Positions 47,496 through 60,404 are shown, counted from the first letter of the whole stretch. The stretch: 61,525 nt of DNA, filler included, from Diploschistes diacapsis (GCA_023645945.1; 6 parts of 6 records of this genome joined end to end with filler, not necessarily neighbours in it), one strand, 5' to 3'. Program-made: numbers and translations. Notes: generated by a model not told the origin, from the letters alone.

Positions 47496-50028
47496 CTTTT
47501 ATCTGCTTATCTATTGTTTTCATGTTTGTAAGGGTATCGGGGATTTTATGTGCTCAAAGAACGACGGCAGGAAGGTAAGCAGGTGTATAGTAATATATGA
47601 TTTGCGCATTCCTTCCTGTGCTCCAGTTTTGATTGCATCTCGCGTTCTTGTTTCCTTGAAGCCACATCAATTATCTGCCGCGCTGCTTCCAGTAATTGTC
47701 ATCGGAGCGTTGCTCTTGTTTTGGTACGGTGAGCTTCATCCCTCGCTCCACTTGGGACGTCAACGTCAAGGCGAACTCGGACTTGAGCACAGAATCTACA
47801 CGCAGGCCCAGATCTAAAGACAAACACGCACACAGGGCGCGGACTGGGATTTGTACTAAGAGCTGACCGGTGTCGACACACCGCCGCTCTACAACCCAGG
47901 TTAGGACAACAACCCTATCTTCTACCGTCTATCTACCGTCCACCGTCCCGCCCCTCACTCTATCATGTACTCGACACTAGGCTATATCACTCCCCCTCCC
48001 CCCACATATTTACCGTGACCATTGCACTTCCTATCTCCTATATTTCCACCTCCAACCCGCTGTTTAGTCAGCGCCGTTGGCGAACGGTCCCATGTACAGT
48101 TCTTCGTTCTTCATCCGATAAGGGTATCGTTGTCTTCGTACAGGTGTATGCTACGCGTCCACGTGCATACAGTACAGCACTCAGGATGATGCCTCATGAG
48201 TTTAGCTCACGGGTGTCAGCGTCTGCTGCCAATGGACTGAAGTACATGTATGGTACATGTATGTAAGCACGGGCTGAATGCGGACCTGTTATAACAACCA
48301 CTTTAACGTATCACAAGCCCTTCTCTTTTCTCAGCTCAGCTGTTGGGACTCGGAAGAAGTGCGGGCAGTCTCACCTCGGTATTTGAAGGGGAGGAAACAC
48401 AGATTAGAGATCCCGTCAGCCATTCTACTGTGCCGGAAGGGCCGGGATCCCTTTTTTGGGTGAGAGTACTGTTTGGATTGGAAGAGATATCATTGTTCGG
48501 AGGGAGCGAGGTCTGGATGAACCGTCGCTGGCTGGTGGGCCTGAAAGTCCAGGCCGACGGAGGCTCATTCTGGATGCTGGTCCGACATCCGCACATGTAA
48601 CAAGGAAGGGCATATTGAAGACGCACATGCTTTGGAAAGGAGGATGTGTAATCCATTGCTCTCTGCAAAAGTACGCGTCATATCTCTCTTAGTAGTCCTT
48701 CTTACACAAAACAGCACGTCCACGCCTGTACCCTAATATCATTTCCACCGAACAATCTCAAGCTTCGTCTACCTCCACCTTCCCTCCCCCCGCCTTCTCT
48801 ACCTAAGTTCCCCCGCTTCACCCTCGCCAGTGCCCATCTTCAAGCCTCCTCAAACTCTCATTCCCACACCGTTACTCCCACTTTCTCCACCCCCAGGGAG
48901 TGAACATACCCCTTCCCCGCTCCACCAGCTGCACCCCTCAGCGCCTCATCCTCCCCCAACCCATCCTTCTCCCGGCGCCCCCTTCTCAAAAAAGACCAAT
49001 ACCACGAACACCACGGGAGCACCACACCCACCAGAAGCCGCTGCGAGCTCAAGGGAGTTTGCTATCCACCACCCATAGCCAGACCCACCCTCACACTATA
49101 TAGACACCGAAACCAGCCCCAGCACCCCAGCCAAGCCCACAACCGAACCCGGGCTCGAACCCTCTACCCGCCAACGACGACGACGACGACGACGACGATA
49201 ACGCAGCCTGCAGTAGCGGCCGCGCCCGCCATTCCCGCCGGAGTTCCCTTACCGGTTGTACCTGCGGGGGTCTGCGTATGCGTCTGTGGGGGAGAGCAGT
49301 TCCGTTGACGGGGACGCTGCCCCGCAGGTGATGGTGAGGGGTGAGGAGTGAGGCGATGGGATTTCATGTTGTTATTCACCTGCACTTTAACCCTCACCCG
49401 ACGGGGAACAAGAAAAAAAGGAAAAAGGAAAATGCGTTATAGGAGCACCTTAAAGCAAACGCAAAATGCAAATGCAAATGTAAGAGGGGATATGGACAGA
49501 GGGCAGCTCACTGCTCGCCTCCTTTTGCCTGCGGACGATGTTGATGCTGATATTTCGGGAACAAGGTTAATCTAATGGTGGGAGATGGGATGAGAGAAAG
49601 AGAAAGGGGATGAGAGAAAGAGAAAGAGAAAGAGAACGGATTGGAAGCCGGCGGATTCCTAGTGGCGTAGAAGAACGCGGTACATGGACTTGGAGATTAT
49701 TTTCGTTCATGAGGTTTCAGTGGGAAGGGTTGATAAGATGCAGACGCATCGGTGAAAGCCATCAATAAAACCCCGGAGATGGTTGCTTGTATTCTAAATA
49801 TTCGATTGGCTCGGTAGCGTTCATATAGCTTCTCGTTTTTGCTCGCTCATGCTCGCTCATTGGGATCTTGTAGCTCTATACCCACTGTACCCACGATTCC
49901 TCCAAGTCTTGCATGTCGCGTGCTACCTGTTGCAAGCTCTTACGCATAGTCAAGGCTCAACAAACGAGCAGGCGCACAAGCTCCCTACCCACGATTCCAG
50001 AATAAACCTCACGACCGCCCAACACAGA

Positions 50029-51352
50029 TCAAGAGACAGGACTCCAAGGCAGCGGGATCAGAATCCTCGACCTCATCGTCTGGATGAGCGGCACCGTCTT
50101 GTGCACCGTCTCGCCCCATCCCTCGACGCCCCAGGACAGCTCCCTCCTGGCCTTGCGCTCTTCCAGATCTGCAAACTGCCACAGGTGGTGCACCATGTTG
50201 AGGTCCCCGACCTGCACGAACCATGCCCCCACACCCTCCATCACTTCGCGCCTGGCCTTCAGACCCTTGCGCCAGTGCGTCTCCCACTCCAACAAGTTAC
50301 CCGGGTGCAGGGTGTAGGAACGGAGCTCGAACAGGCCACCCAGCTTGCGCGGGGGAGTGGTGGGCCAGAAGGAGAACTCTTGCATCAGTGAGGTGTTCTT
50401 GCTGGTAATGAGGGAGCGGAGCTGGCGGTCGAACTCGGGAAATTCGGGATGGTGAGAGATATTGTGGAGGGAGGCATGGTAGCCTTCGTAGCGCTGGTAT
50501 TCCCAGATATGGACTGTTGTGGTTAGCGATCGTAACATTGAGCAGATGAAAAGCGACAAGAGGATGAGAATCGACGTCGTCGGAACTAGGATGGTAGGGT
50601 AGTATGCGTAATACGAGCGCAGATGAAGGAACGAGGGAACAAACAGGCTGACAAAGCACGTCGAGAAACTCACCAAAGGTATCGCAGTCACCGACTTCGG
50701 TCCTCCAGCTGCCCACGAGATGCACATGGTTCTCCTCCGTCCCCGCAACCTTCGGATACCAGTCGCCCACCAACTTCACATACTCGTCCACCTTGTCCGG
50801 CTTGACCGTGTGGAACACGATCGAATGCACGTACTTACCCCTGGCCAGCACCTGCGAGAAGCTCCTCTCGATCTCCTGGTCCAGCTGCTGTCCCTCCTTC
50901 GTCCCGTAGATCAGGCTGGCCAGCGCTCCCTTCCTCTTGCTCGACTCGTCCTTGGAGGTCTGCTCACGCGCGGCTCCTGCATCAGCGGTCGACAGTGAGC
51001 TCAGTGAAAGCTTGTTCTTGATATCGGACACGATGGAAGACGCAACATTGCCATTGCCGGTGCCGGAACTCGCATCGCTCGCAGTCGGAGCGGTGGGAGG
51101 TCCGGAGCCGGCGTCAGGAAAATCAGAGGGAGGATGGGCTTGCTTGGAAGACTTGACGAACTGACTGTCTTGCTCTGCCTTTGCCTTTTGGGCCAGTCTC
51201 GAGGCCTCCCTGAACTCGCGCTGGCGGCGGTCGAACTCGGCGGAGTCTTCGTGTCTGATGTCGGCGAGGCTGGCAGTTCGAAGGACGGCGGCGGTTGTGG
51301 AGTAGGGACGGCATCGTGAGAGGGTGGAGGTCACGAGCCTGTGGGAAAGCAT
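50029..51352 (-). CDS. Mitochondrial NIPSNAP-family protein, 2 exons
   Basis: ERSFSQVLARGKYVHSIVFH, HLVGSWRTEVGDCDTF|VHIWEY, GGLFELRSYTLHPGNLLEWETHW and VHHLWQFADLEER. Confidence 0.93.
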
Positions 51353-52041
51353 CTCTGCGGTATTGTTTGTCAAGCACCCAGATATCCAGAGAAAGGAACG
51401 TCGAAGCTCAAATGAGAAGTTGGAAACGGCGCGTCAAGGTTGTCCACCTCAGTTGCCAGAGGGTGCTTGCCCAATTTGCGGGGTTTCGTTCAATGTTGGT
51501 TAGTAGATGAAAGGAGGGAAGGAAGGAGCTGCAAGTCACGCGCAGGTTACTTCTCCGTTGTTGTGTCTCCTTCTGCAATGCAATGCCATGTGTATGGAAA
51601 GACAGAGCTCGGTTGCTGCAAAGCCTGCAGCCCAAGGTGGAGAAATGAGCTGCAAGCAAGGGAGCGGATGGCGCTAACTTGGCGCTTTGCGGGGAAATTC
51701 ACCAAACGGTCTAAAGGAAGTATAAAACCTAGTTTCATCACAACTTATAACTTGCAAGATGACTGTGTAATGGAGTATTCACGCAATTACAATCTATTTG
51801 TACAAGTTGCGAATATCCTTCGGGTAATATACGCATTTAAACAAGCCGGCTGGCTTCGCCCTGGGCCTTCCTTTTCCATAAATTAATCTTGCTACGAAGC
51901 ACCAACCTCTTCTCCAACCTCTTCTCGCGATGGACCATTGATGTTTGACTTTGGTAACGCGAGTCCAGAGCTCTGGTGTGGTCTGGCAGGCAGGTGAGTC
52001 TTGGGCTTGGACAAGCATGCCCCTTTCGCGGTACTCTCGCT

Positions 52042-53663
52042 TCACCTCACCTTCCCAACGCCCGGCTGTATCCTCGCCATCATTTCTTCTTTTGTGATTA
52101 GATGATCTATCCTCTCCAGCAACCCTAGTAAGCTCCGCATGTCGCTGCTCCATTCGTTCAGCACTTCGTCCGGGCTCCTGGCCTTGGCGAACGAGACTAG
52201 CCGCGCAGGGCGGTCGATTTTAGCGTACACCGTCTTATCCGTCACGAGCTGACTCAGGTACTTTTCCGTCTCCTCCTCGTTGAGATCCAACAGTTGGCAC
52301 AGTCTCGGCATGCGTATCTGTGTGTAGTACTTGGCGACGACGCGGACATTGTGCTCAATGACCCGTTTTCGAAGATCTTCGAAGCGGTTGTGGGCCTTCT
52401 TCTGCTCTTCCGAAGATGTCGGAGACGAGCTTGGCGCAAAGACGTCGGTGTTGCATAAATGAGGGCCGAAGCGCTGGGATATAAGTGGCCAGCGCATGAG
52501 CTCGGGGACAGAAAAGAGCTTGAGGAGGGCGGCTTCTGTTGGGACTTGAGTATTCCGACTGTCTTGAGCTATACGGTGGAGCATATCCGATTGCTCGTTG
52601 TTGTGGGGGGATAGCACGATGTAGTAGATAACCCGCTGAAGAACTGCCTTGAGCTGAGCTGGGCTGTTCTCGACGGATTCGGTGTCCAAGACCTGTCTGT
52701 AATGCTTGCAAGCTTCCAGATATTTGTCCTCTTGCTTGGCCAGAGTGATTTGTTGCTCGTAGTATCGTAATTTAAGATCAGTTACATCGTCGGGCTTCTG
52801 GACGGGCGGATCATCCGCCGATCTCTTCTTCATCTTCTCTTCCGCTTCCGCTTTGTCTTTTGCTTCCTGCTCCGGTGCCTGCTTCGGCTTCCGCGAGAAG
52901 TATTTGGTACTTATTTTTCGGCTCAGGATTGCAGCCTGTGTCCAGTCGCCCTTTTCGATGCAGAGCGCAACTTGTTCGAGGATGAACTCCGTCTTCTCCC
53001 GCCTCTCCATGGATCCAAAGGTTTCGACTTGCAGCTCGCACAGAATCTCGGCCGCCGCATTCAAATCTCCCTGCTGCTTTTTCATATCGGACAGTATCCG
53101 CGTGACGCGCGCTCGCTCGACTTCCACGAAGATCTAGGCAAGTGTCAGGGAGCAGAAGGCTACTGGGAGAGCCAACACACCTTTCCTTCCGTCACAGTCC
53201 GGAGGGTCTCGATGACTGAGAGCTTGACATCTTTGTTCGGAGTATCATCTATGAATCCCATAACCACCTGCACCATCTTCGTGATAGCCTGCTTGAGCTG
53301 TGCATGCTTCTTGGAGAGCAGCAGGACTTGCTCGTTTAGCATCGACCAATCTTCTTGGTCCTTGCATATTGTGACTATTGCGACTAACAACCGGGAGGTT
53401 GAAGCAAGATCTGAGGCCTGCGTGACGATCAGTTGTGCTGGTGACAGTGACTGGACTTCTCGCACCTGTCTTGTCTGCTTTTCGAGCAGTGATAGCTTTT
53501 CTACTGCAGAAGATACATTGCTCTGAATGCCAGGTGTTAGCATATACTGGATTACATAGCCGGAACGATGCTCTACCTTTGCGAGCTGTTGTGCCTCTGG
53601 TATCTGCTTCTCTATCTCCGCGGTGAAGTCCTTGTCCGGTTTGACAATGCGGCCTTCCGCCAT
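52042..53663 (-). CDS. rpn5: 26S proteasome lid subunit Rpn5 (PSMD12), multi-exon
   Basis: LEKQTRQ|ASDLASTSR, SKKHAQLKQAITKMVQ, TVTEGK|IFVEVERARVT, ELQVETFGSM, and PCI domain RVIEHNVRVVAKYY. Confidence 0.97.
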
Positions 53664-53799
53664 TCTGGCCTATGGATAGTGTTTGGTTTTGGTAACTGAG
53701 GAATCAAATGCTCTCCGTTCGACTACTTGGATTGATGTATAGTACTTTATAAAGTTAATAGAATTATCTTGGCATCTTGGCACTTTTTCGGAAATAATA

Positions 53800-54751
53800 A
53801 CGTGTTTCACGGGGATTCCGGCCACCCCAGATTCCGGCCAGCTCAAATCACTACCGCCAACATTCTACGGTTCTTAGATATAACCTATTCGTCGCAATTA
53901 GAATCTAATCGATCTAAATTGGATCTATCTTTCTCCTCTTCATCCTTCTCGATTTTAAAAACGCGACGACGTTTTTTAGGCGTTGTAAATCGTTTTAAAA
54001 TTATTCGATTTGATTTAACCCGAATTATTATTTTAAGAATTTCGTTTGTATTAAATATAAAACGATTTTTTAATTCGATTCGTTTATTTAATTTACGTTT
54101 TTTACGATTATTAAGAAGCGTTTTTTGTTTTCGTTTTTTTTTACGAAGCGTTATGAATTTAATATACGTCGATTTAAATATACGGGTTATTCGATTCGAA
54201 TAACGTCGAATCGGATTAATTAGTTTTAAAACGGCTCGTAACGCCTGATTAAATTTTTTATTAGTTTTTCGTAGTTCGGTCGCATTTAATAAAGAATTTA
54301 ATTAAACGTTACGAGTCGTTTTAAAACTAGTTAATCCAATTCGATATTATTCGAATCGAATAACCCGTATATTTAAATCGACGTATATTAAGTTCACAAC
54401 GCTTCGTAAAAAAAACCGAGAACAAAAAACGTTTCTTAATAATCGTAAAAAACGTAAATTAAATAAACGAATCGAATTAAAAGATCGTTTTATATTTAAT
54501 ATAGACGAAGTTCTTAAAATAATAGTTCGGGTTAAATCGAGTCGAATAATTTCGAAACGACTTACAACGCGTAAAAAACGTCGTCGCATTTCTAAAATCG
54601 AGGAGGATAAAGAGAAAGAAAATAGATTCGATTCAGATCGATTAAATTCTAGTTGCGACGAACAGGTTGTATCTAAAAACCGTAGAATGTTAGCGGTAGT
54701 GATTTGAGATGGCCGGACTCTGGGGGTGGCCGGACTCACCGTCAAACACGT
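53800..54751. mobile_element. RIP-mutated pogo/Fot1-type fold-back element (464- and 465-bp arms, 23-bp spacer, TA flanks)
   Basis: TA|ACGTGTTTCACGGGGATTCCGGCCACCCCAGATTCCGGCCA ... TGGCCGGACTCTGGGGGTGGCCGGACTCACCGTCAAACACGT|TA. The arms differ mostly by C/T and G/A transitions. The sequence is TpA-rich and CpA-poor. Confidence 0.85.
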
Positions 54752-54779
54752 TATAGCTAAAAACGTTATTATTAAAAAT

Positions 54780-55016
54780 AAGATTATTTTTACTAAATGG
54801 ATCGGTGATACCGGCGTTTTATTACATATAATTAACCAGCTACATCTGTTTAGAAACCTGACTCCTATTTAAAAACGACGAATCAAAATCGGAGAAGGAA
54901 TACTCTATTTAGATTATATTAAAAAGGTTAGGTTGAAGCAAGGTAATAACGTTCTACAATTGAGATATGTGATGTATGTACCTGGACTGAAAGCAAACCT
55001 TATATTAGGAGAAAAG
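54780..55016 (+). mobile_element. RIP-degraded Ty1/copia pol fragment (aspartic protease region)
   Basis: The frame from 54798 reads WIGDTGVLLHIINQLHLFRNLTPI*KRRIKIGEG...LRYVMYVPGLKANLILG, matching the copia W..D(S/T)GAS.HM and V.YVP.L..NL pattern. Confidence 0.75.
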
Positions 55017-55116
55017 NNNNNNNNNNNNNNNNNNNNNNNNNNNNNNNNNNNNNNNNNNNNTTAATTAATTAANNNNNNNNNNNNNNNNNNNNNNNNNNNN
55101 NNNNNNNNNNNNNNNN
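55017..55116. other. Artificial contig linker
   Basis: N44-TTAATTAATTAA-N44. Confidence 0.98.
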
Positions 55117-56138
55117 AGGGAGTGGTGTCTTGGTAGGGGGCGAAGTCCATTGTGAAGGGAGGTGGGGCGCTGAGATGAAGATCATATATGTTGTGTACTG
55201 TACAAGTTCACGCAGGGAAGAAGGGAAGACGAAAGCTGCATAGGAGTGTGAGGTTGCCAAGTGCTGTGTGTGATTGGATCGGGACGGAAGCCCGTGACTT
55301 GCCTCCGACGGGCCAATCAAAAAGATGGCGGCAGAGCCTCAACTCCGATGAGCTCAAAATGCGTATCGAAAGTCCCCCTTCAACTTCGTCTGTCAGCAGC
55401 ATTGAGATTTCTCGCGATAGTACCAATTTACATGTAGCTTATGCAGTATGCTACGCTTCATTGCTCGGTACCAAGGCATTTGCCTGCCCGCCGTCCGGTC
55501 ACGGCCCGAGAGCGTTCGTACCAAATGGCGGGTGATGATGCCCGAAAGGTTTCAGCGTTTGTTTTCCCATTATGTATCCAGTACAGACAGCCGACAGCCA
55601 GTGTACTCATCGTCCTACTGCATATGCACTCTGGTCTTTCAAGTTACTCCTTCGCTCGAACCTTGGATTCTCGTGTCCGTTCCGAAACGTGGAGATGGGA
55701 AACCGTAAAAGGTTCCAGCTATGGCACAACGATACTGCCTACCAAGCTCCGAATATCCGGGAGCCCCTAAATAGCTGCGGCTAAACTAACGAGAGTAACT
55801 TACACAGCACGAGAATCAAGTGCTTAGTAAGATATGTTGGTGATTGTGCCTGGCTTCTAAAAGTTGTAGACAAAGCAGCGACGGCAGACTGCAAGAGCAC
55901 ACACCCTTTTTGTGTACCTTTCTCATTCCTTCCTTTCTGCAGCACCATTTCTGGTGTGGGCAGTTGTTACCCGATATTTCCTCAGCAGGAGCTCTTGTCG
56001 GTGAGTAGAAAACCATTTCTTTCTTCCCTTCACTTCAAATCTATTAATCAAGTCCTCTCCATCCTATAACTCGACAACATTTCAGAATCGACCCTCCATT
56101 TTGTTGCCTCCACAAGCAAGCAAGCTTTGCCCCCAAAC

Positions 56139-59100
56139 ATGGGCCTTTCCCAAGCCCAAGCGGAAGCGTCTGCTCTCAAGGTTCTGCATTACACCGCTCC
56201 GCTCATCAGTTTTCTCTTCTTTGCCCTGGCCTCGTTGTGGAGTGTTTGTGCTCTCCAGAATCTAGGCGCTCACAGCCGCAAGAAGCTGAAAGTCGCCATC
56301 CTTGCAGTCATAGCACTGATCTTGCTCATAAGCGTAAGTGGATGGATCTAAGGACAACCCAGCAGCTCACTAGGGTTGCTAGGCAAGTGAAGCAGTTGTG
56401 ATCACCGCGCAACTTCTGTCTGGACAATCCAGCTTCGCTACCCATCATGAGAACATTTACAGCATGTCTGAGCTACTGCTCTGGCTCGTCATGTTCACCG
56501 TCCTTTGGGGCAGCCAAAGCTTTCAGTGGTATCCATATTACGGTACTTGGATGCTTGCAATTGCCTTTGACCTCGTCCTCGTGGGCCTTTCTGGCCGAGC
56601 TCGTCTACCAGTCACTCCCCTAGAATGGAGCCAAGTCGTCCTACATGCCTCACGTCTCCTACTTACAGTATTGCTTCTTGCTGTTTACTTCGCGTCAACG
56701 GCATCGGATGATACACACGACGATGAGGAGGCCTCACCGCTCTTGAGATCCCAAGACAGCAAATCGAAAACTCAAACAAAAGGGGCTGCTGGATATGGAT
56801 CCGTAACTTTGGAACAGTCTGCATTGGCTGCTGAGAACGATTATACGGCTACCGAGGCTGGAGAGGAATTACAGGAGAGAAAGGAGCGCCTCACAGAGCG
56901 ACTTAAAGAAAAGGGAAATTGGCTTACATACATTAGAGATTTCTCCGTAAGTTGCACAAATAATATCCAAGTTCCTGTTTGATTGATGTGTTCTAAACAA
57001 ACAATATCTTCAAGATCTTCCTTCCACTTATCTGGCCTACTAAACGACCGTTGCTCCAGCTCAACTTGGTGGGTGTTGGCCTCTGCGTCTTGGCGAGCCG
57101 TGTGCTCGCAGTCCTGGCGCCTCTTCAACTCGGCATCCTCATCAACAGCCTCGCTAGCGGGCTAGCCAAAGAAGCTTTGATTGCTTTGTCCTTCTACATA
57201 TTAGTTCAGTGGTTGGACTCTTATGCTGGTATTGAGTGGCTGCGTGAGTTCTTATGGATCCCTGTAGAAATGAACGCAATGGTCAACCTTGAGGTCGCTG
57301 CTTACAGCCACATTATGGAGCTGTCGTGTGATTTTCATGATCAGAAGCAATCTGGCGAGCTCTACACATCAGTCAGCCAGGGAGAAGCGGTGGTCGAGCT
57401 GCTCGACGCCCTTCTTTACCAAACGGCTCCTTTACTAATGGACCTCACAGTGGCTTGCTTTTACTTCTACTTCCTCTTCGACGAATATCTGGTGCTCATC
57501 GGGATTTCCGTCATAATTCTCTATCTTTGGATTGCCCTTAGCTTCACCCCCGGTCAGGCGGACATGAGACGGCAGAACAACGTGGCTCAGCGTCGCAAGG
57601 CACAAGTGATGTACGATACGCTGGGAGGATGGAGAACGGTTGCTTATTTCAATCGCATCCCACATGCCCAGAAAGCCTATGAGGCAAGCGTCCGTCTGTA
57701 CCAAAACTGCTTACGGAGAGCCAGACTCTCTTGGGACGTCAAAAATGGCATCTTGCATCTCGTTCTCGACGTCTGCGGGTTTTTAGCTTTCGCTTATGGG
57801 GTCCATGGTGTGATCTACGGAGGTAAACCCGTTGGGGCGTTCGTGACGCTGATCACGTACTGGGGCAATTTCACTGGTTCGTTCCGATGCAATTTTTTCT
57901 CTTCTCTGGAGCACTAATCTAGCTTCCTTGCAGGACAACTTCCGTACCTTGCTTCGATGGAAAGGATTCTCATGCAACGCCTGGTTGATGCCGAGGAGCT
58001 ACTTCGATTGTTTCAAACCAAGCCAAGTATTGTAGACGGACCGAACGAGTTCTCGTTCAAGAAGGGGTTAGTTCAGGTCGAGAAGGTCTCGTTTTCTTAC
58101 GGTGAACGAAATGAGATTATCAGAGATGTGACATTTCATGCTCGACCGGGTCAAACAATTGCTCTGGTCGGCGAGACCGGTGCCGGCAAATCGACTATTC
58201 TGAAGCTCATGTTCCGCCTCTATGACGTGACTTCGGGCTCCATCAGCATCGATGGGCAAGACATCCGGGACGTCACCCTGACCAGTTTAAGAGAGCATAT
58301 TGGTGTCGTGCCTCAGGATCCGACTTTGTTCAACGATACCATCATGGCGAATGTCAGGTATGCCAAACTTGATGCTACGGACGATGAGGTTATGGAGGCC
58401 TGTCGGACTGCTTCGGTCCACGATAAGGTCATGAGCTTCAAAGATGGCTACGCCACGAAGGTTGGGGAGCGTGGCATCAAGCTCTCTGGTGGGGAGCTTC
58501 AGCGAGTTGCCATTGCACGAGCCGTTCTCAAAGACCCACCAATTATCTTCCTTGACGAAGCTACAAGCAGCGTTGACAGCGAGACGGAGGCAAAAATCCA
58601 AGAAGGCCTGTTGAAACTTTCGAAGGGGCGAACCACTTTCATAGTCGCACACAGGCTGTCAACTATCATGAATGCTGACAGGATCATGGTAGTGAGGGAT
58701 GGGACCGTCGTCGAATCAGGAACCCCGCGACAGCTGATGAAGAGCAAGGGCAAGTACTACCATTTGTGGACAAGGCAACTAGGTCTCATTGACAGTGGAT
58801 CCCGCAAAGACGAAGATGTTGCTCCAAAAGACCTGAATAAAGAGAAGAGGATGTTGACGGACAGGAACTGTGAGGAGAACGGTGGCTCTGCTCCTGAATC
58901 CTCGTTTCAAGCTTCGCAAGGCGCCGACAACTCCCCGAAGGGCCGGGCTAAGAGCACAACCAGAATGGGCCTTACGAATGACGGAAATCTCCCCGCTTCG
59001 AAGGATGAGAAAACGGTACATGCCAAGACAACAACCCCTCGAACTATCACCGAAAGCGCTCAGGCTAACTTATCCAGCAAACCGAAGACAAGCAAAAGAC

Positions 59101-60404
59101 ACCATAGCAAATCCTGGGATGCCACACCCATAGTGAACACAACAGAAAATAGGGATCGAGCGCTTCAGGTGACGAATGGACAGGCATTAGGAAGTAGTGA
59201 AAAGAGCCTCGAAATTAGTGAGCTGGAAAAACCCGAGCAGGGTGAAGGCAAGGAACATAACGAAAAGCGATTGATCGAGGAAGCGTGCGCTCAGCCGCAC
59301 CTGGGTAGTATAGATGCGGTTGTGAAGGAAAATACCAACACGCAGTCAGCCGTTCAAGAAACCTGTGTTGGAAATGGAAAGGTTTCCAGTGCGCCTTCAG
59401 AGGTAGACAAAGAAGAACAATCTGGCCAACAAGGCCATCAAAAGTTACCATTAGCTAAAGCAGTGCGCTCTTTATTGAATCAACAGATGAATTCAGTCCG
59501 TCTTGGCAATGAGCCGAATTCTTTGACCTCCATAGAGGAGACAGAGGAAGAGGCCTGTACTTTGAAGCTCAAGGAAGTTAAAAGTTTACCAACGGCCGCC
59601 GGTGTTGAGAGAGAAAACGATGCTACAGCGCGAGGTCGCCAGTCAAAAGAAGCCGAGTCGAATGGTCGCGGAATTCTTAGAAGGAAGCAGTCAAGACTTT
59701 TCTCTTCAGAAGAGCCAGGCCAGTCGTACAACCAGTCCGAGGAGTCTACAACGACAGCACAATCAGCGCGAAAGCAGCAAAATAAGGAAGCCAGCACCTC
59801 CCAGAAGCAATACGAAAAGCGTAGTTTCAGTGGCAGGAAGAAGTTCAAGCCAAGGCCAGAAGCTCCTGAGTTCATCCCTCGAAGCCAACGAAAGGGCAGC
59901 AAATCTTCACAAACAACTCAGAGTGGGTCCTCTTCGCAAAACACCAGCCAAGAGCTCGGTGGTATCTTGCAGCTGTCCGGGAACATCAAGCGGGATGCAT
60001 CAACTCGGCGTCTACAAGCAAAAAGCGATCCCACTGGCCAGAGCCTCAAGCGAATTCATGATGAATGGATGGCAGGACTTGGGGAAAACATGGCATTCCC
60101 AGAGAATCTTGAAGTTGCGGAGACGAGCAGACCAGGCGGAGGCCCAAACGGTCACGTCGTATCACGCAGTACTCCGTACAGTGGCAAACGTCGACGGGGC
60201 CGCTCCCGAAAGAACAGAGTTTCATCGACCGGGTCTGCTGTATCCATGGCTTCTGTGGTCGATGCTACCAGCCAGTCTGATGCCGGTCCAACGCCCCCCG
60301 TTCTTGTAGCTCCCAATCCCACCCCTACAGGTTTTCTCACGCCAGCTGGAGAGTCCCCTCGTCGAGCTGCTGGTGGAGTTCATTTCATGTCTGACGCCAA
60401 GTGA
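56139..60404 (+). CDS. HMT1/ABCB6-like half-size ABC transporter with a long low-complexity C-terminal tail, 4 exons
   Basis: Extra N-terminal TM domain, TMD with AYSHIMELSCDFHDQKQSGE, Walker A GETGAGKS, signature LSGGELQR, Walker B IIFLDEATS and H-loop AHRLST. Confidence 0.9.

Noticed and set aside
49164..49700. Small spliced minus-strand gene ending in a hydrophobic GPI-like tail
   Set aside because: Splice-like signals exist, but I could not build a coherent model, and the poly-Val comes from a (GAC)n repeat.
53769..54745. Twin ORFs 53769..54203 (+) and 54347..54745 (-) as duplicated genes
   Set aside because: They are mirror artefacts of the RIP-mutated palindrome.
10637..60404. Metal-homeostasis cluster of copper-fist TF, CorA-like gene and HMT1
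   Set aside because: The three genes are on different contigs joined artificially.
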